A stretch of DNA of 31,786 nt from Macrostomum lignano. Lineage: Eukaryota. The stretch's first letter is position 1; every line of letters begins with the position of its first letter. Location: assembly GCA_002269645.1 (NCBI GenBank), contig NIVC01000122.1:1-31786 (forward strand), in the 5' to 3' direction. The notes beneath the pieces were generated by a model that was given only the letters and a program-made list of their open reading frames with translations, searched no databases and was not told the origin of the DNA. The position numbers and the translations under genes are program-made. This document shows, one piece after another, positions 1 through 11,240 of the stretch.

Positions 1-867
1 CAGAATATTTAAAATTTCTAAGAACTTACCTTCTCATGGGAAAACTCATTTACCATGGCTACAGAATGGTTGGCAATAATTATTGACTAGCATTGGTGTG
101 ACAATTTTCATTCATATTAGTAGAAAATTCAAGTAGATGTCTGAAACATATTTTATATAAAGTGTTACACAGCCAATTTTAATGCAATTTTAAAGTTTCA
201 CAAAATTCTGGAAGCAATATAACAGAAATAAAAAAAATCTTGAAAAGGCATACTGAAAAAATGATAGTATCTTTTTTGCTTAGGCCCAATGTTGTACAAC
301 AGTTTTTTTTAAACAATAAATACAGATAATAGCAACCATCATAAAGGACAATAAATAAACAAGTAGATTATCAATTATAAAACAGCTTCACTATCCCAAA
401 GCCTATTACCAAGGGTACCATTGCAATGGCACTTTCACATGAATACCAAAGCTACAAAAAAACTCATTAGAAGTTATAAATTTTCAAAAAGTTTAACAAA
501 ATGAATGCTAGCTAGTTTAGCAAGGTTGACTGGAATGTGCACATCTAATTCACGAATTTTGCTTATTCCCTGATGAAAAAAGTATTACATTTATAAACCT
601 AGCCAGCTTAATTTATCTAGCATTTAGAGTTTATTCAACTTAAAATAAATATAATAAATAACAAACAATTATAAAATTGAAAATATTATCATAATCAAAT
701 AAGCCTAATAACAAATATTATTCTTTGTTTTGCCTTTAAAGCACATTTGAAACTGGTTAAATATGTAGTTATTGAAATGAATTTCAAATTCAAAACATTA
801 GTTTCAAGATATTTAATACAAAAAATATATATTATCATTTTACAAGCAGATAGAATAGAATCTTGTA

Positions 868-1044
868 TATAAATGTGCAACACCTAGCCAATCTGGCCAG
901 CTGACGAGGGGCCCAGCCAAGGAATGTTGCAAAAATGACCACCCAATAAAATATAATTGTAGTACTAATTAGATGACAAGCCAAAAAGTTGGTCAAAAAG
1001 TAAGTTGCATAGCCAGTGTAAATCAAGGGGGTTCCATATGCATG
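868..1044 (-). mobile_element. Old, internally deleted non-autonomous hAT-type MITE (copy A), inverted relative to the copy at 1661-1934
   Basis: Reverse complement aligns to both ends of 1661-1934. Decayed TIRs are tataaatgtgcaac (868-881) and gttccatatgcatg (1031-1044). The 8-bp flanks ATCTTGTA/ATCTAGTG match 6/8. Confidence 0.6.
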
Positions 1045-1660
1045 ATCTAGTGGCTTTACTTAGCAATTGGATAATTATATAAGAAAGGCCAGACAATATA
1101 CCATCTTCAATGCCTAAATTTCTTAGATCACCTAGAATTGTATGACCAGCAGCCACTTAAAACTGCAAATGGAAACAAACAATTTAGCCTTCTTCAAGCT
1201 ATATATATGAGACATAATGTTATTTTTATAATAACATCAACAAAATATGCCAACAATAGAATATATAGCTAGTTTCAAGGGGTGCCTGAATGCTAGGTCA
1301 CAAATAACTGCCATGGTGCTAGCCAAATTAAAAGTGATAGTATCAACTAGTAGGCAGTTGATGAAATGCCTAGTGTAAGCTTACTTCCATTAGTACGAGG
1401 TGCCTATAGTGTTAGCTATGGCTTACTTGCTAGAGTTATCAATGGCACAACAGGTTTGGATAGACTAAGCTGGCAAAATGATACAAAGCTATATTTGTCA
1501 CTTGTGCACAGCAAATCTTGGAAGTAGCATACAATAGGCCAGCATATGCTAGATCAATTTGTTGCTTTTATGGCTTTCTATAGTCCAGATCATACAAAGT
1601 GCACAAGGTTAATGAAATGGGTAGCAATGCTTCCTTGCTATTTCTGGTCATATGGAGTCC

Positions 1661-1934
1661 CATACATGCGCAACCCCCCTGATTTACACTGGCCATGCGA
1701 CTTACTTTTTGACAAAAATGCGACTTACCTGTGAAAGAAACCCTAAAGCAAAATAAACGCTTATTTGGGTAAACGGCAGGAGTAACTATGACTGTCTTAT
1801 CAGGCCTAAATGCCTCGGCATCTAATTAGTACTACGTCCGTATTCTTTGGGTGGCATTTTTGCGACTTACCCCTGGTCCACCACAATTTACGGTGGCCAG
1901 ATCGGCCAGGTCGGCCAGCAGTTGCGCATGTATG
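1661..1934 (+). mobile_element. Non-autonomous hAT-type MITE (copy B), 274 bp
   Basis: Perfect 14-bp TIR CATACATGCGCAAC (1661-1674 / 1921-1934) and perfect 8-bp TSD TGGAGTCC (1653-1660 / 1935-1942). An 8-bp TSD with CA..TG ends is typical of hAT. Confidence 0.85.
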
Positions 1935-3748
1935 TGGAGTCCCCTGCAAATAAGTCATGCTGAGTACATGCTAGAATGCTTCAAACCAATGCATGCCAAT
2001 ACCAATCATTGCTTCAAACGAACACTGATTGCAGTTGCAATAATAAAGGACCTTTTGTAGTTGCAACAATAAAGGACCTTTTTAGCAATTTTTATAATGT
2101 AAACATGTAAAACTAAACTAAAAATATAACATATATATCTACTAAAAAACTGTTGATATACTTAACATTATATACACTAATCCTATTTAATACTTCTAGA
2201 AAAAACACTCCTAATTTATCTTTTACTTATTTAAATATGGCAAGTTCTGCAAGTATTGCATTTCTTTGGCTCCCCAACAGAGGGCATAGATTGCTAGTGT
2301 CCTCTATAGTTCCCAAATATGCAATGTGCACATAGAATTTTTTGTTCTGCATAATAGATGTGGGAGGGTTGGATCAAATCCACCAAGTGTGTACCAATGG
2401 ACCAGGGGGAGGGGATTGCAAGTTGGAGCATTGTAACAATAAAGGACCTTTTTGTGTTTTGACTTTATGATATGAGACTATAGATAAAAAATGCTTATAG
2501 AATTGCTTCTTTTCTTGCAACCTAAATATATTTTATTGCTTTTTAGTTATTAAATTAACTATGTTCCTTTTAATGAAAATGTATAACTCTTATTTAAAAT
2601 AAGAATTTATGTCATGTTTTAAAAGGACTAGGATATACTAAAAAGATAAAACTAATAAAAATATAAAGAGACTAAAGACTAAGGACTAAAAATATTTTCC
2701 ATATGGCACAGCTAGGCTATTATATAGCAAACCAAAAAAATTATCAACTCTTTGATACATGCTATACATGAGGTACAAGACTGCTTTAGACCTTGTTGCA
2801 TATAAGAATTTTCCCTAAAAATAGTATCTTTAGGAATATGGCATGCTATGCATGCATGTTAACACTTTTTAAATGCATGCTGAAAAATTCTGTCATGCAT
2901 TATACCTTTTGGAGGTAGGATAGCTTTCTAATAGTATAATACAACTTATATTGTACTTTTTATGATTTTTTTAATAAAAAAGTCAAGTGATTTTAAAATC
3001 AGCTCTTAGTTTGATTTGGCCTATATACTTTTTATTAACATTAAACTTCTAATTATTAGAACAAATTTTGTGGCAACTTTACTGCCAATTGTAAGAGACT
3101 AAACAAGTGCTAAGATAGAATGTTAGGATTAGGCCTAACCAGATTATATGTCTATTAGGTTAGAGAGGAAAAAGAAGAAAGGAGAGGTGAAGGAATAAGG
3201 ATTAATCTCAAAGTGACCGAGGTTTGAGATCACTTCATTGGCTAGTTGACAAAACAACTAATGAGAAAACCAAGTTGAGGAAATCGCTAGTTGACAAAAT
3301 GCTAGTTGACAAAATGACTAGGACCCATATATACTACTATTTGTATTTGTTATGTCATTCAATTAAATAATGATTATTAAACCTAGAAATAAACTCATTG
3401 ATAGTTAAAATGCTTAGTCAAACTCTGTCAGTAATAGAGTTTGTTCCTTTTAATAGTGATAGAGCCTAAACTTGAAAAAATGGTACTAAATAAACATTCA
3501 TACATAGTGTGAAATGTACAAAATCCTATTTATTGTAATTGTAACTTAAACTCTGTTGTCTATATGTATTTACTTATGTAAAAGTATGTATTTACGTATG
3601 CCCTGCTACTTGCAAATTCTAGGCCCCTAACACAAAATGCATTTGCATATTCTACTAACCTCCTACTAATATCCCTAACAATGATTTACTGTTCTGCAAA
3701 TTGTTTACACCTTTACCCTGCATCCTATTCTATGCAATTCTAATTCCA

Positions 3749-3890
3749 AAAAGAGAGGAGAGAGAATTGAGGAAATAGGAGAGAAGAGAGGAGAGGAGAA
3801 GGAAAAAGAGTAGAAAGGAGAGAGGACAGGAGAGGACTAGAGGAGTGATAGAAAAGTGGACATGGATGAGAAGAGTGAGGAGAGGAGAGA
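3749..3890. repeat. Purine-rich (AG/GAGAG) low-complexity tract
   Basis: Imperfect agaggagagg repeats seen directly. Confidence 0.7.
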
Positions 3891-5368
3891 AGTTTTAAAG
3901 GCCTCAAATCTTAATTTAATACACATTTACTCCAACTTTTGTTTACCTATATCCCCACTACTTACAAGTGTTTGTTTGAGTATGACTTTAGATTTAGGAA
4001 TGCATGGAAAAACAGTTCTGGGGATCGGAATTCAGCGGGTTCAAAATCCGCGGGTTTCAACAGCTCGCTAGTATTATAAAATAGATAAAAGCATATTACA
4101 ATTTTAATGATTAGTATTTTTCATACACTGTTCTTTACTAAATAGTACCAAGTCCACACACATAAAAGTGATCGAAACAATGATTAATAAAAAAATTCCA
4201 TTTGAACGTACCTTCCGGGAAAAGCCCTAATGTCTTGTATGTACATTTAAGCAGTAAAACATTTTATTGATCAAAATATGTAGTTATCGTAAATTGTGCT
4301 TTTGTTGGTACAAAAAAACCTAAAGCCCTAAGTTACTTACATGTAAATGCCTCAGCCTCCCTTCACAACATTGATATCAAATACGTCCCTATAAGCTCCA
4401 AAATTAAATAAGCCAGGTCTCAGTCATGAACAGTACACACTAGTTAAACTAGCATAAACACTATAGCTGCAATCTTTGATTTGACGATTCTGTCGAAACC
4501 GTAATTTGTAACGAATTTACATGTATACAAATTGTACATGCTAGTGTCCAGTGTTATATACTGGCACGTACATGTTAATTTATTTAATGTACAATGTATG
4601 TACATTCACACTTACACATAGTAATTTTACATATAATACATTAATGATATCTGAGAACTCCCGGGTGTGACGTTGTCAGTTAAGGTGGCCCCGACAAGGG
4701 CCGTTTTAGCGTAAGCAGTGCCATTTTATAATATCGTTAATTTGATGTCATTTAGATAGTCTCGTACTCTAACGTCTGCTTATAGTAACGCCCAAGGAAT
4801 TTTAACAACATTGCGCGACGTTCGTAAAGCCTAATGTACAATGCGATCGATGTAATTTTTGTTTTCAAGTTGGTTTTCTTGCCGGCCAATAGGAAGGCCG
4901 CGCATATTTTATGCTAGCCTAAAATTAAGCTTTCCTTGTGCGCCCACCCCCAGCCCGCTCGTTATCATCCTGTCTGGCTGATAGTGCTGCCTATATTCCA
5001 TATCATTGCCATCATACCATCGCAGTCCATCGTCGTAACCTATTAGCTATCCATCACCATTTCTGTTGCCTGCCGCAGTGCCCAAAATACCATAGTAACG
5101 GTCTAACGGATTCAGCTCCCAATCAGGCCCAGTCCCTCTCTTTATTGCCGACTGGAATGTATAGCGAGCGAGCCTATTTAACCATAATAAATAATCGCCA
5201 TTGTACCGTACAACTGTGTTAAGTCTGAGTGCTACCGCCACACCAATTGCCTCCGTTGTTATTTGTCTTCGTTATTTAATCCTGGGATGTCGTCATAATC
5301 GTCACACCGAGTTTCAACAAGTTTCAACAAAGATCAACCATTTCGTCGAACAGCTAAAACAAAGTAAA

Positions 5369-5374
5369 TTTATT
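5369..5374 (-). terminator. Putative polyadenylation signal AATAAA for TYW3
   Basis: AATAAA on the minus strand about 70 nt downstream of the TGA at 5442-5444. Position only. Confidence 0.4.
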
Positions 5375-5441
5375 TTTATAGTAAGGGAGACAATCTACAC
5401 AATTTTCGAAATATCTATAGAACAATTAGCAATAAACAAAT

Positions 5442-8400
5442 TCACTGAACAGAGTATTCAAGCTGTTCTTTTGAGCTTCGAAAACGATTGCGAAATTCAG
5501 TTAGAAATTTGTCGCGACGCTCCGCTGTGACTTGCATGCGCTGGTTGAGCAGGCTGACTAGCTGGTCTAGGTACTGGAATGAATGAAGATAGTAATAAAT
5601 TAATAAGTATATTCTTAATTACTTATCACTAGCTTTTTTAACAGACAGGATTGCTGCACCTAGCCATCTACAGTATAAACAACCCACCCTACCCGCCCGA
5701 TGACCCAATGACAAGTGGCAACGCTGTGGTACAATCTTCTCAGGCATATACGATGGCTCGGGGAATTGCTGAGATGTCATGGCTCGTAGGGGAATTGCTG
5801 AGATGTCATGGCTCATAGGGGAATTGCTGAGATGTCATGCTTCATAGGGGAATTGCTGAGATGTCATGGCTCATAGGGGAATTGCTGAGATGTCATGGCT
5901 CATAGGGGAATTGCTGAGATTTCATGGTTCATAGGGAAATTGCTGAGATGTCATGGCTCATAGGGGAAATTATTGAGACGTCATGGCTCATAGGGGGAAT
6001 TGCTGACATGTCATGGCTCAAAGGGGGAATTGTTGAGATGTCATGGCTCATAGGGGAATTGCTGAGATGTCATGGTTCATAGGGGAATTGCTGAGATTTC
6101 ATGGTTCATAGGGAAATTGCTGAGATGTCATGGCTCATAGGGGAATTGCTGAGATGTCATGGTTCATAGGGGAATTGCTGAGATTTCATGGTTCATAGGG
6201 AAATTGCTGAGATGTCATGGCTCATAGGGGAAATTATTGAGACGTCATGGCTCATAGGGGGAATTGCTGACATGTCATGGCTCAAAGGGGGAATTGTTGA
6301 GATGTCATGGCTCATAGAGGGAATTGCTGAGACGTCATGGCTCATAGGGGGAATTGCTGAGATGCCATGGCTCATAGGGGGGAATTGCTGAAATCGAAAT
6401 GCTGTGGCTCATGGTGGTTGCTCAGATTTTAAGGGTCAAATGGGAGTTCTTGGTAGGCCAAGCATCAAAGGGAGAGTTAGGATTAATCGTTCTTTGTTGC
6501 TTTCTCAACGGGATTGAGAAATTTAGATTGCTAGTCTTCCTATATTAACTATACTAAGAATAGTTTGTCGGTATTGTAGTGCATGCGCCCTTGTCGGTTG
6601 GCAGGGCGCGTTGCACTTTGGGGCTGGCTAGGGGGGTTGGCGGGCGTGGCAGGGTCTGGCCGGCGGCCGGGCTTTGCGCGTGCCCCTCCCCAGCCGTGCC
6701 CCTGCCCCGTGCTCAGGGCTGGTTGGCTGCGGCCAAGCCAGCTTTGGCGCGGGTGCGGCCCCTCCCCCTAGGCGGGGTTTTGATTGGCTGGCCGGCGCGG
6801 CCAGTCACTTTTCTTTGGTAGTTGCTTAGCCGGTGGGGCCGTCTGCCCCACGGTTTGGGGTATTTATTGCGTGACTCTGCGTTTTGCCCACGCCCTGCGT
6901 ACTTTTGTAGTACTTATTGTAGTACTGTATCGGTTACTCTATTTAGTGTGTACAACCTACAGAACAGTATCGAAACTAGAAGCACTCGAGAGTGTACCAT
7001 CACACCTCGAGCCGCAGCGTGAACTCTGAGTGTCACAACACTAGAAAGATTGACCTATTATCGCAGAGCGTCGTCACGCCTGCTCGTATCCATAAAAGTA
7101 CAGAGAGAGCGTCACTACGCCTGTTATATTACGTATATTATATCGTACTCGAGACTGGGCACCCAAACCGACCCGGGTTAGGACAGTATGTGTGATCAAT
7201 TTTAGCAAAAACGTCTTTCCTATAAACAGATCAATTCAAATACTTAGTCAGTCATCGTATTCAGCAACGCGACTTCTTGACATTCAAATGTTCAGTTTCA
7301 AAATTTTTACCCGTTAAAACATTTTAACCCAAATAGCTGAGTTTCATACCTCATCAGGAACAATTACTTTGCCGCTATTGTTGGTGAGTGGCACTTCCAT
7401 AATTTGTGAAGATCTGATTGCCTAGAAAATTGGACAGACAAATATATGTAAACGAGGCATACATTTACATGAATAACTGCAATGCGTAACTTTTTTATTT
7501 GTAGATAAAAACCTGCTTACCACTGTAAATCTGTCATTTTTGCCCACAACGATTCCTGATTCACGAAAACCACTGTTCAGACCGCAGATCAACTGCAAAA
7601 TCAACATGAATTGCTTGAAAGATTGAGGATCTGGGAAGCTGAGGGTGGCCCAGCAACTGAGGATCTGGGAAGCTGAGGGTGGCCCAGCAACTGAGGATCT
7701 GGAGCTGAGGGTGGCCCTGCAACTGAGGATCTGAGATGCTGAGGGTGGCCCAGCAACTGAGGATCTGGGAAGCTGAGGGTGGCCCTGCAACTGAGGATCT
7801 GAGATGCTGAGGGTGGCTCAGCAACTGAGAATCTGGGAGGCTGGGCCAGCAAATGAGGATCTGGGAAGCCGATGGTGGCACTGCAACTAAGGATCTGGGA
7901 AGCCGATGGTGGCCCTGCAACTGAGGATCTGAGATGCTGAGGGTGGCTCAGCAGCTGAGAATCTGGGAGGCTGGCCCTGCAACTGAGGATCTGAGATGCT
8001 GAGGGTGGCTCAGCAACTGAGGATCTGAGATGCTGAGGGTGGCTCAGCAACTGAGGATCTGGGAGGCTGGGCCAGCAACTGAGGATCTGGGAGGCTGGCC
8101 CTGCAACTGAGGATCTGAGAAGCTGAGGGTGGCCCTGCAACTGAGGATCTGAGAAGCTGAGGGTGGCCCTGCAAATGAGGATCTAGGAAGCTGAGGGTGG
8201 CCCAGCGACTGAGGATCTGGGAATCTGAGGGTGGCCCTGCAACTGAGGATCTGTCAAGCTGAGGGTAACCCTGCAACTTAGGATCTAGGAAGCTGAGGGT
8301 GGCCCTGCAACTGAGGATCTGGGAGGCTGGCCCAGCAACTGAGGATCTGGGAGGCTGGCCCAGCAACTGAGGATCTGGGAGGCTGGCCCTGTAACTGAGG

Positions 8401-8955
8401 ATCTGGGAAGCTGGCCCATCAACTGACACTCTGGGAGCCTGGCGCAGCAACTCGGGATCTGGGAACCGTTAGAGGCTGGCTAAGGGAGTCTAGGATCAGA
8501 AGCCAAAAAAGTTCTGAAAAGGGTAATATGACAAAGTAAAAACAAGCTTTACCAGACACCTAGCCGTTTCCATATCAGCGCATTGACAATGCAGAATGAA
8601 GGGCTCAAACTTTGCAAAGACGATGCCACCAGTTGTGACATTTCTCAAGCTGTCCTGCAACTGTTCCAGGTTAATTGGCTCATGAAGCACCAGCAGCCAG
8701 TTGCAGTTGGTCTTCCTAATATTTTCAAGCTTCTAAAACAATTTTAAGTTGATAATCAAGAATATTCAAGGTTTTAAATCTAGGATATTGAAAACAAAGA
8801 AAACACTCTTTAAAAGCTAATAGACATACCTGGTAGACTACAATTCTACCAGAACATGAGCTAGTTGTTGACAGCTTTGGATCTATGTTGATCTCATCAA
8901 TCATGTCTCTGATTGGAGAATCGATCTCTCCTTTTCGACTTTTATCTTCTGCCAT
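5442..8955 (-). CDS. TYW3: tRNA wybutosine-synthesizing protein 3 (SAM-dependent tRNA-Phe G37 methyltransferase). Exons 8955-8830, 8732-8553, 7592-7521, 7421-7350, 5573-5442; 193 aa as assembled, 5' end uncertain
   Basis: All four introns are GT-AG and phase 0. Joined protein: MAEDKSRKGEIDSPIRDMIDEINIDPKLSTTSSCSGRIVVYQ/KLENIRKTNCNWLLVLHEP...KFEPFILHCQCADMETARCL/LICGLNSGFRESGIVVGKNDRFTV/AIRSSQIMEVPLTNNSGKVIVPDE/YLDQLVSLLNQRMQVTAERRDKF...*. It contains the TYW3 motifs SRKGxID, TTSSCxGR, KFEPFxLH and SGFRxSG, colinear with human TYW3 as recalled. Confidence 0.92.
5755..6391. repeat. 29-30 bp minisatellite (GGAATTGCTGAGATGTCATGGCTCATAGGG), about 21 units, in TYW3 intron 4
   Basis: Tandem units read directly; length variation is in the G run. 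Confidence 0.95.
6576..7190. other. GC/CpG-rich block of unknown origin inside TYW3 intron 4
   Basis: Very GC-rich at 6576-6850 with GC-box-like runs and ATTGG (reverse CCAAT) at about 6783, followed by CpG-rich sequence to about 7190. No recognisable ORF or termini. Confidence 0.4.
7621..8466. repeat. About 34-bp tandem repeat (GCTGAGGGTGGCCCAGCAACTGAGGATCTGGGAA) with 29-bp deletion variants, filling most of TYW3 intron 2
   Basis: About 26 tandem units read directly between the acceptor at 7593 and the donor at 8552. Confidence 0.95.
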
Positions 8956-9249
8956 ACTAAGGTATAACAGAAATCATGAAGTTATTCAAGTCGATAAAAA
9001 ATTGTTGATAGTTGTATAAATCTTATTTAGCATTTAGTTTGTTTGCAATAAAAACAACAAACTGTTCAAAATATATTTTTATATAGGCCTAGTCAAATTT
9101 AAATTAATAAAAACAACTTTGAAACTGTTAATCATGGCATAGAAAATGCTTACCCATTACCCAAAAGACTCTACTAACCTTAAAATAATACCCTAAAGCA
9201 TATGGATTTAACATTTCAATAGTATAACACTTTAACACAAAGATATATA

Positions 9250-10630
9250 TGAGGGTTGTTCAGAAAGATAAAACATGCATATCTTTTTTTGAGTCACTAC
9301 TTTGTCTTGAAACTTTATACCATAGACAAATATCATATGTTGAATTTTTTAAAGCTAGAGTGGTCTTGTTTAAGCCAGGCATTTCCTTTTTGCAGTGTTT
9401 TTAGTCATACTAATTTTTTTCACTATGCTGAATAATAAAGAAGCAAAGCAGGGTGTCATTTAGCTTTTGTGAAAGCAAGGGAAGCAACAAGTGAAAATTC
9501 TTTGCAAGGTGCAAGCAACATATGTTAAATATGTACCATAAAAAACCATGGTTAACAAGTGATGGTCGATGACCTTCTATGGAGTAGCTGGCCTGCCACC
9601 ACAGTCAACAGGTCAAATATCAAGCTTGTGTGTTGTGCTCTGGATGTTGACTGCCAAGCCACAGTGGGAGAGTTGTCAACCATTACTGGCATCTCATCAA
9701 TGGCCATTCACTCAATGATGATGGTTGAGCTCAATATGTTGCGTATTGTTGCTTGTTGGGTCCCAAAAATTCTGACAGCAGCAAGAGCAGGTCCAGGTGT
9801 ATCAGCAGCTCCTCCAGTCATATCGCAGTGAATCAGTGATCTCAACTTTTTGGATTGGATTATGACTAGGGATGAATCCTGGTTCCATTATAGTGCGCCA
9901 GAGCCCCAAGATACAGAGCAGTGTGTGGAAGGCTAGCCAAGAGCCCACACCTGTCAAGGCCTTGACTGCACCTTTAGCTGGCAAGCAAATGGCCACTGTC
10001 ATCTGGGACAAGGAGGGCATTCTGCTCATTGAATGGCTTCCCAATGGTGCCACAATCAACAGTGAGTACCAAGTCCAAGTCCAAATCCAAGTCTTGCAGA
10101 AGTTGCATAAAGCTATCAAGGCTTAGCAACATGGCAAGCTGAGTTGTGGCATCTTGCTTCAGCATGACAATGCTAGGCTGCATACCAGCCAGGCAACAAT
10201 AGCTACCATTTGGGAATAACAAGTCAATCACAAGTCCCATACAGTCTCATTCCCATAGTCATACAGTGCAAACATGTTTAATGAGCCTGGAAATATCTAT
10301 CCTCAAGAATGTGGCTAATTGCTAATGGGCAACCAAAAATAGCCATTGGCAACTGGATTTTGAGCCCCAAGGGCCAGCTGGTAACTAGATTTCCAACCCT
10401 AAAAAACCCAGAGTATAGCTCTCTACAGACCCTGGCATTGGCTATCAGCTAGTAAGTCAGCAGGTCACCTGCCAATTTCTATGCTGCCAGCATTGTGAAG
10501 TTGCGTAAGAGATGGCACAAATGCATAAGTCTCAAGGGTGCCTATATTGAGAAGCAGGAAGAGTAGCATTACATTTTTCAATCCATTAATGTTAAAAATG
10601 TTTGATTGCAAACTTTCAAAACAACCCTCA
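9250..10630 (+). mobile_element. Decayed Tc1/mariner (mariner, irritans-like) DNA transposon, 1381 bp
   Basis: TIRs TGAGGGTTGTTCAGAAAG / TGAGGGTTGTTTTGAAAG match 16/18, with TA on both flanks. Frameshifted transposase remnants: WVPKILT, MTRDESW, MATVIWDKEGILLIEWLPNGATINSEY, LLQHDNARLH, PYS, KLRKRWHKCISLKGAYIEK. Confidence 0.9.
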
Positions 10631-11010
10631 TACATATGACAATTCTGCTAGTTTCTTATAGTTGAGCTGATTTACTTAACAATTTAGATTATACCAAGAT
10701 GAGGTTTTATTGGTACTATCTAAAGTGAGCAATGTATCCAAATATAATTTGCCAACTACTTGAAGCTGTATATTTGATAATTGATAAAAATCTATGACAA
10801 GAAATAACTTAGTTTGGCATGCAATAACTTAGTCTTTGTAGAATTGTAGTAGCTAAAGGATTATCTTTATGGCAAGCATAGGACAATGCCAGAGAAGCGC
10901 TGGCAAAGAAGCGCCAAGAGACCAGAGCAACATTTAGTATGCTTTAACATAATCATACATGCCCAACCTCAAAATTTTACCCATCTGGTACAACTTAGTT
11001 TTGTCTAGAT

Positions 11011-11105
11011 TTGCGACTTAGTTCTTCCCAATTGCAACTTAGTTCCTCCTAATTGCAACTTAGTTCCTCTTGATTGTGACTTAGTTCCATTGATTGCAAC
11101 CTAAT
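11011..11105. repeat. About 21-bp subterminal tandem repeat (TTGCAACTTAGTTCCTCCYAA), about 5 units, within hAT copy C
   Basis: Read directly. Confidence 0.8.
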
Positions 11106-11119
11106 TTTCACTTTGTATA

Positions 11120-11240
11120 TGACTTTTCTTGTCTTTTTCTTTTTTCTTTTCTTTCTCTTTCTCTTTCCTCTTTTTCCTCTCTCTCTCTTTTCTTTTTTTC
11201 TTTTTCTTTTCTTTTCCTCTCCTTTCTTTCTTCCTCCAAT
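11120..11240. repeat. Pyrimidine-rich (CT/T) low-complexity tract
   Basis: Read directly; source of the spurious F/L/S-rich ORFs. Confidence 0.75.

Noticed and set aside
5693-5776. Apparent extra exon (SHRICLRRLYHSVATCHWVIGR) with a GTAGGG donor in phase with the last TYW3 exon, and the idea that the minisatellite is an amplified splice acceptor
   Set aside because: TYW3 alignment is continuous from VPDE to YLDQL without it; the acceptor is weak and lies inside a repeat unit.
5755-6391. 29-30 bp repeats resembling a CRISPR array; ORFs 6188-6391 and 6193-6375
   Set aside because: No unique spacers and eukaryotic intronic context; the ORFs are repeat translations.
7422-8450. Several 120-180 aa minus-strand ORFs (SSVAGPPSASQILSC repeats)
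   Set aside because: By-products of the tandem repeat inside a TYW3 intron. Only 7521-7592 is a real exon.
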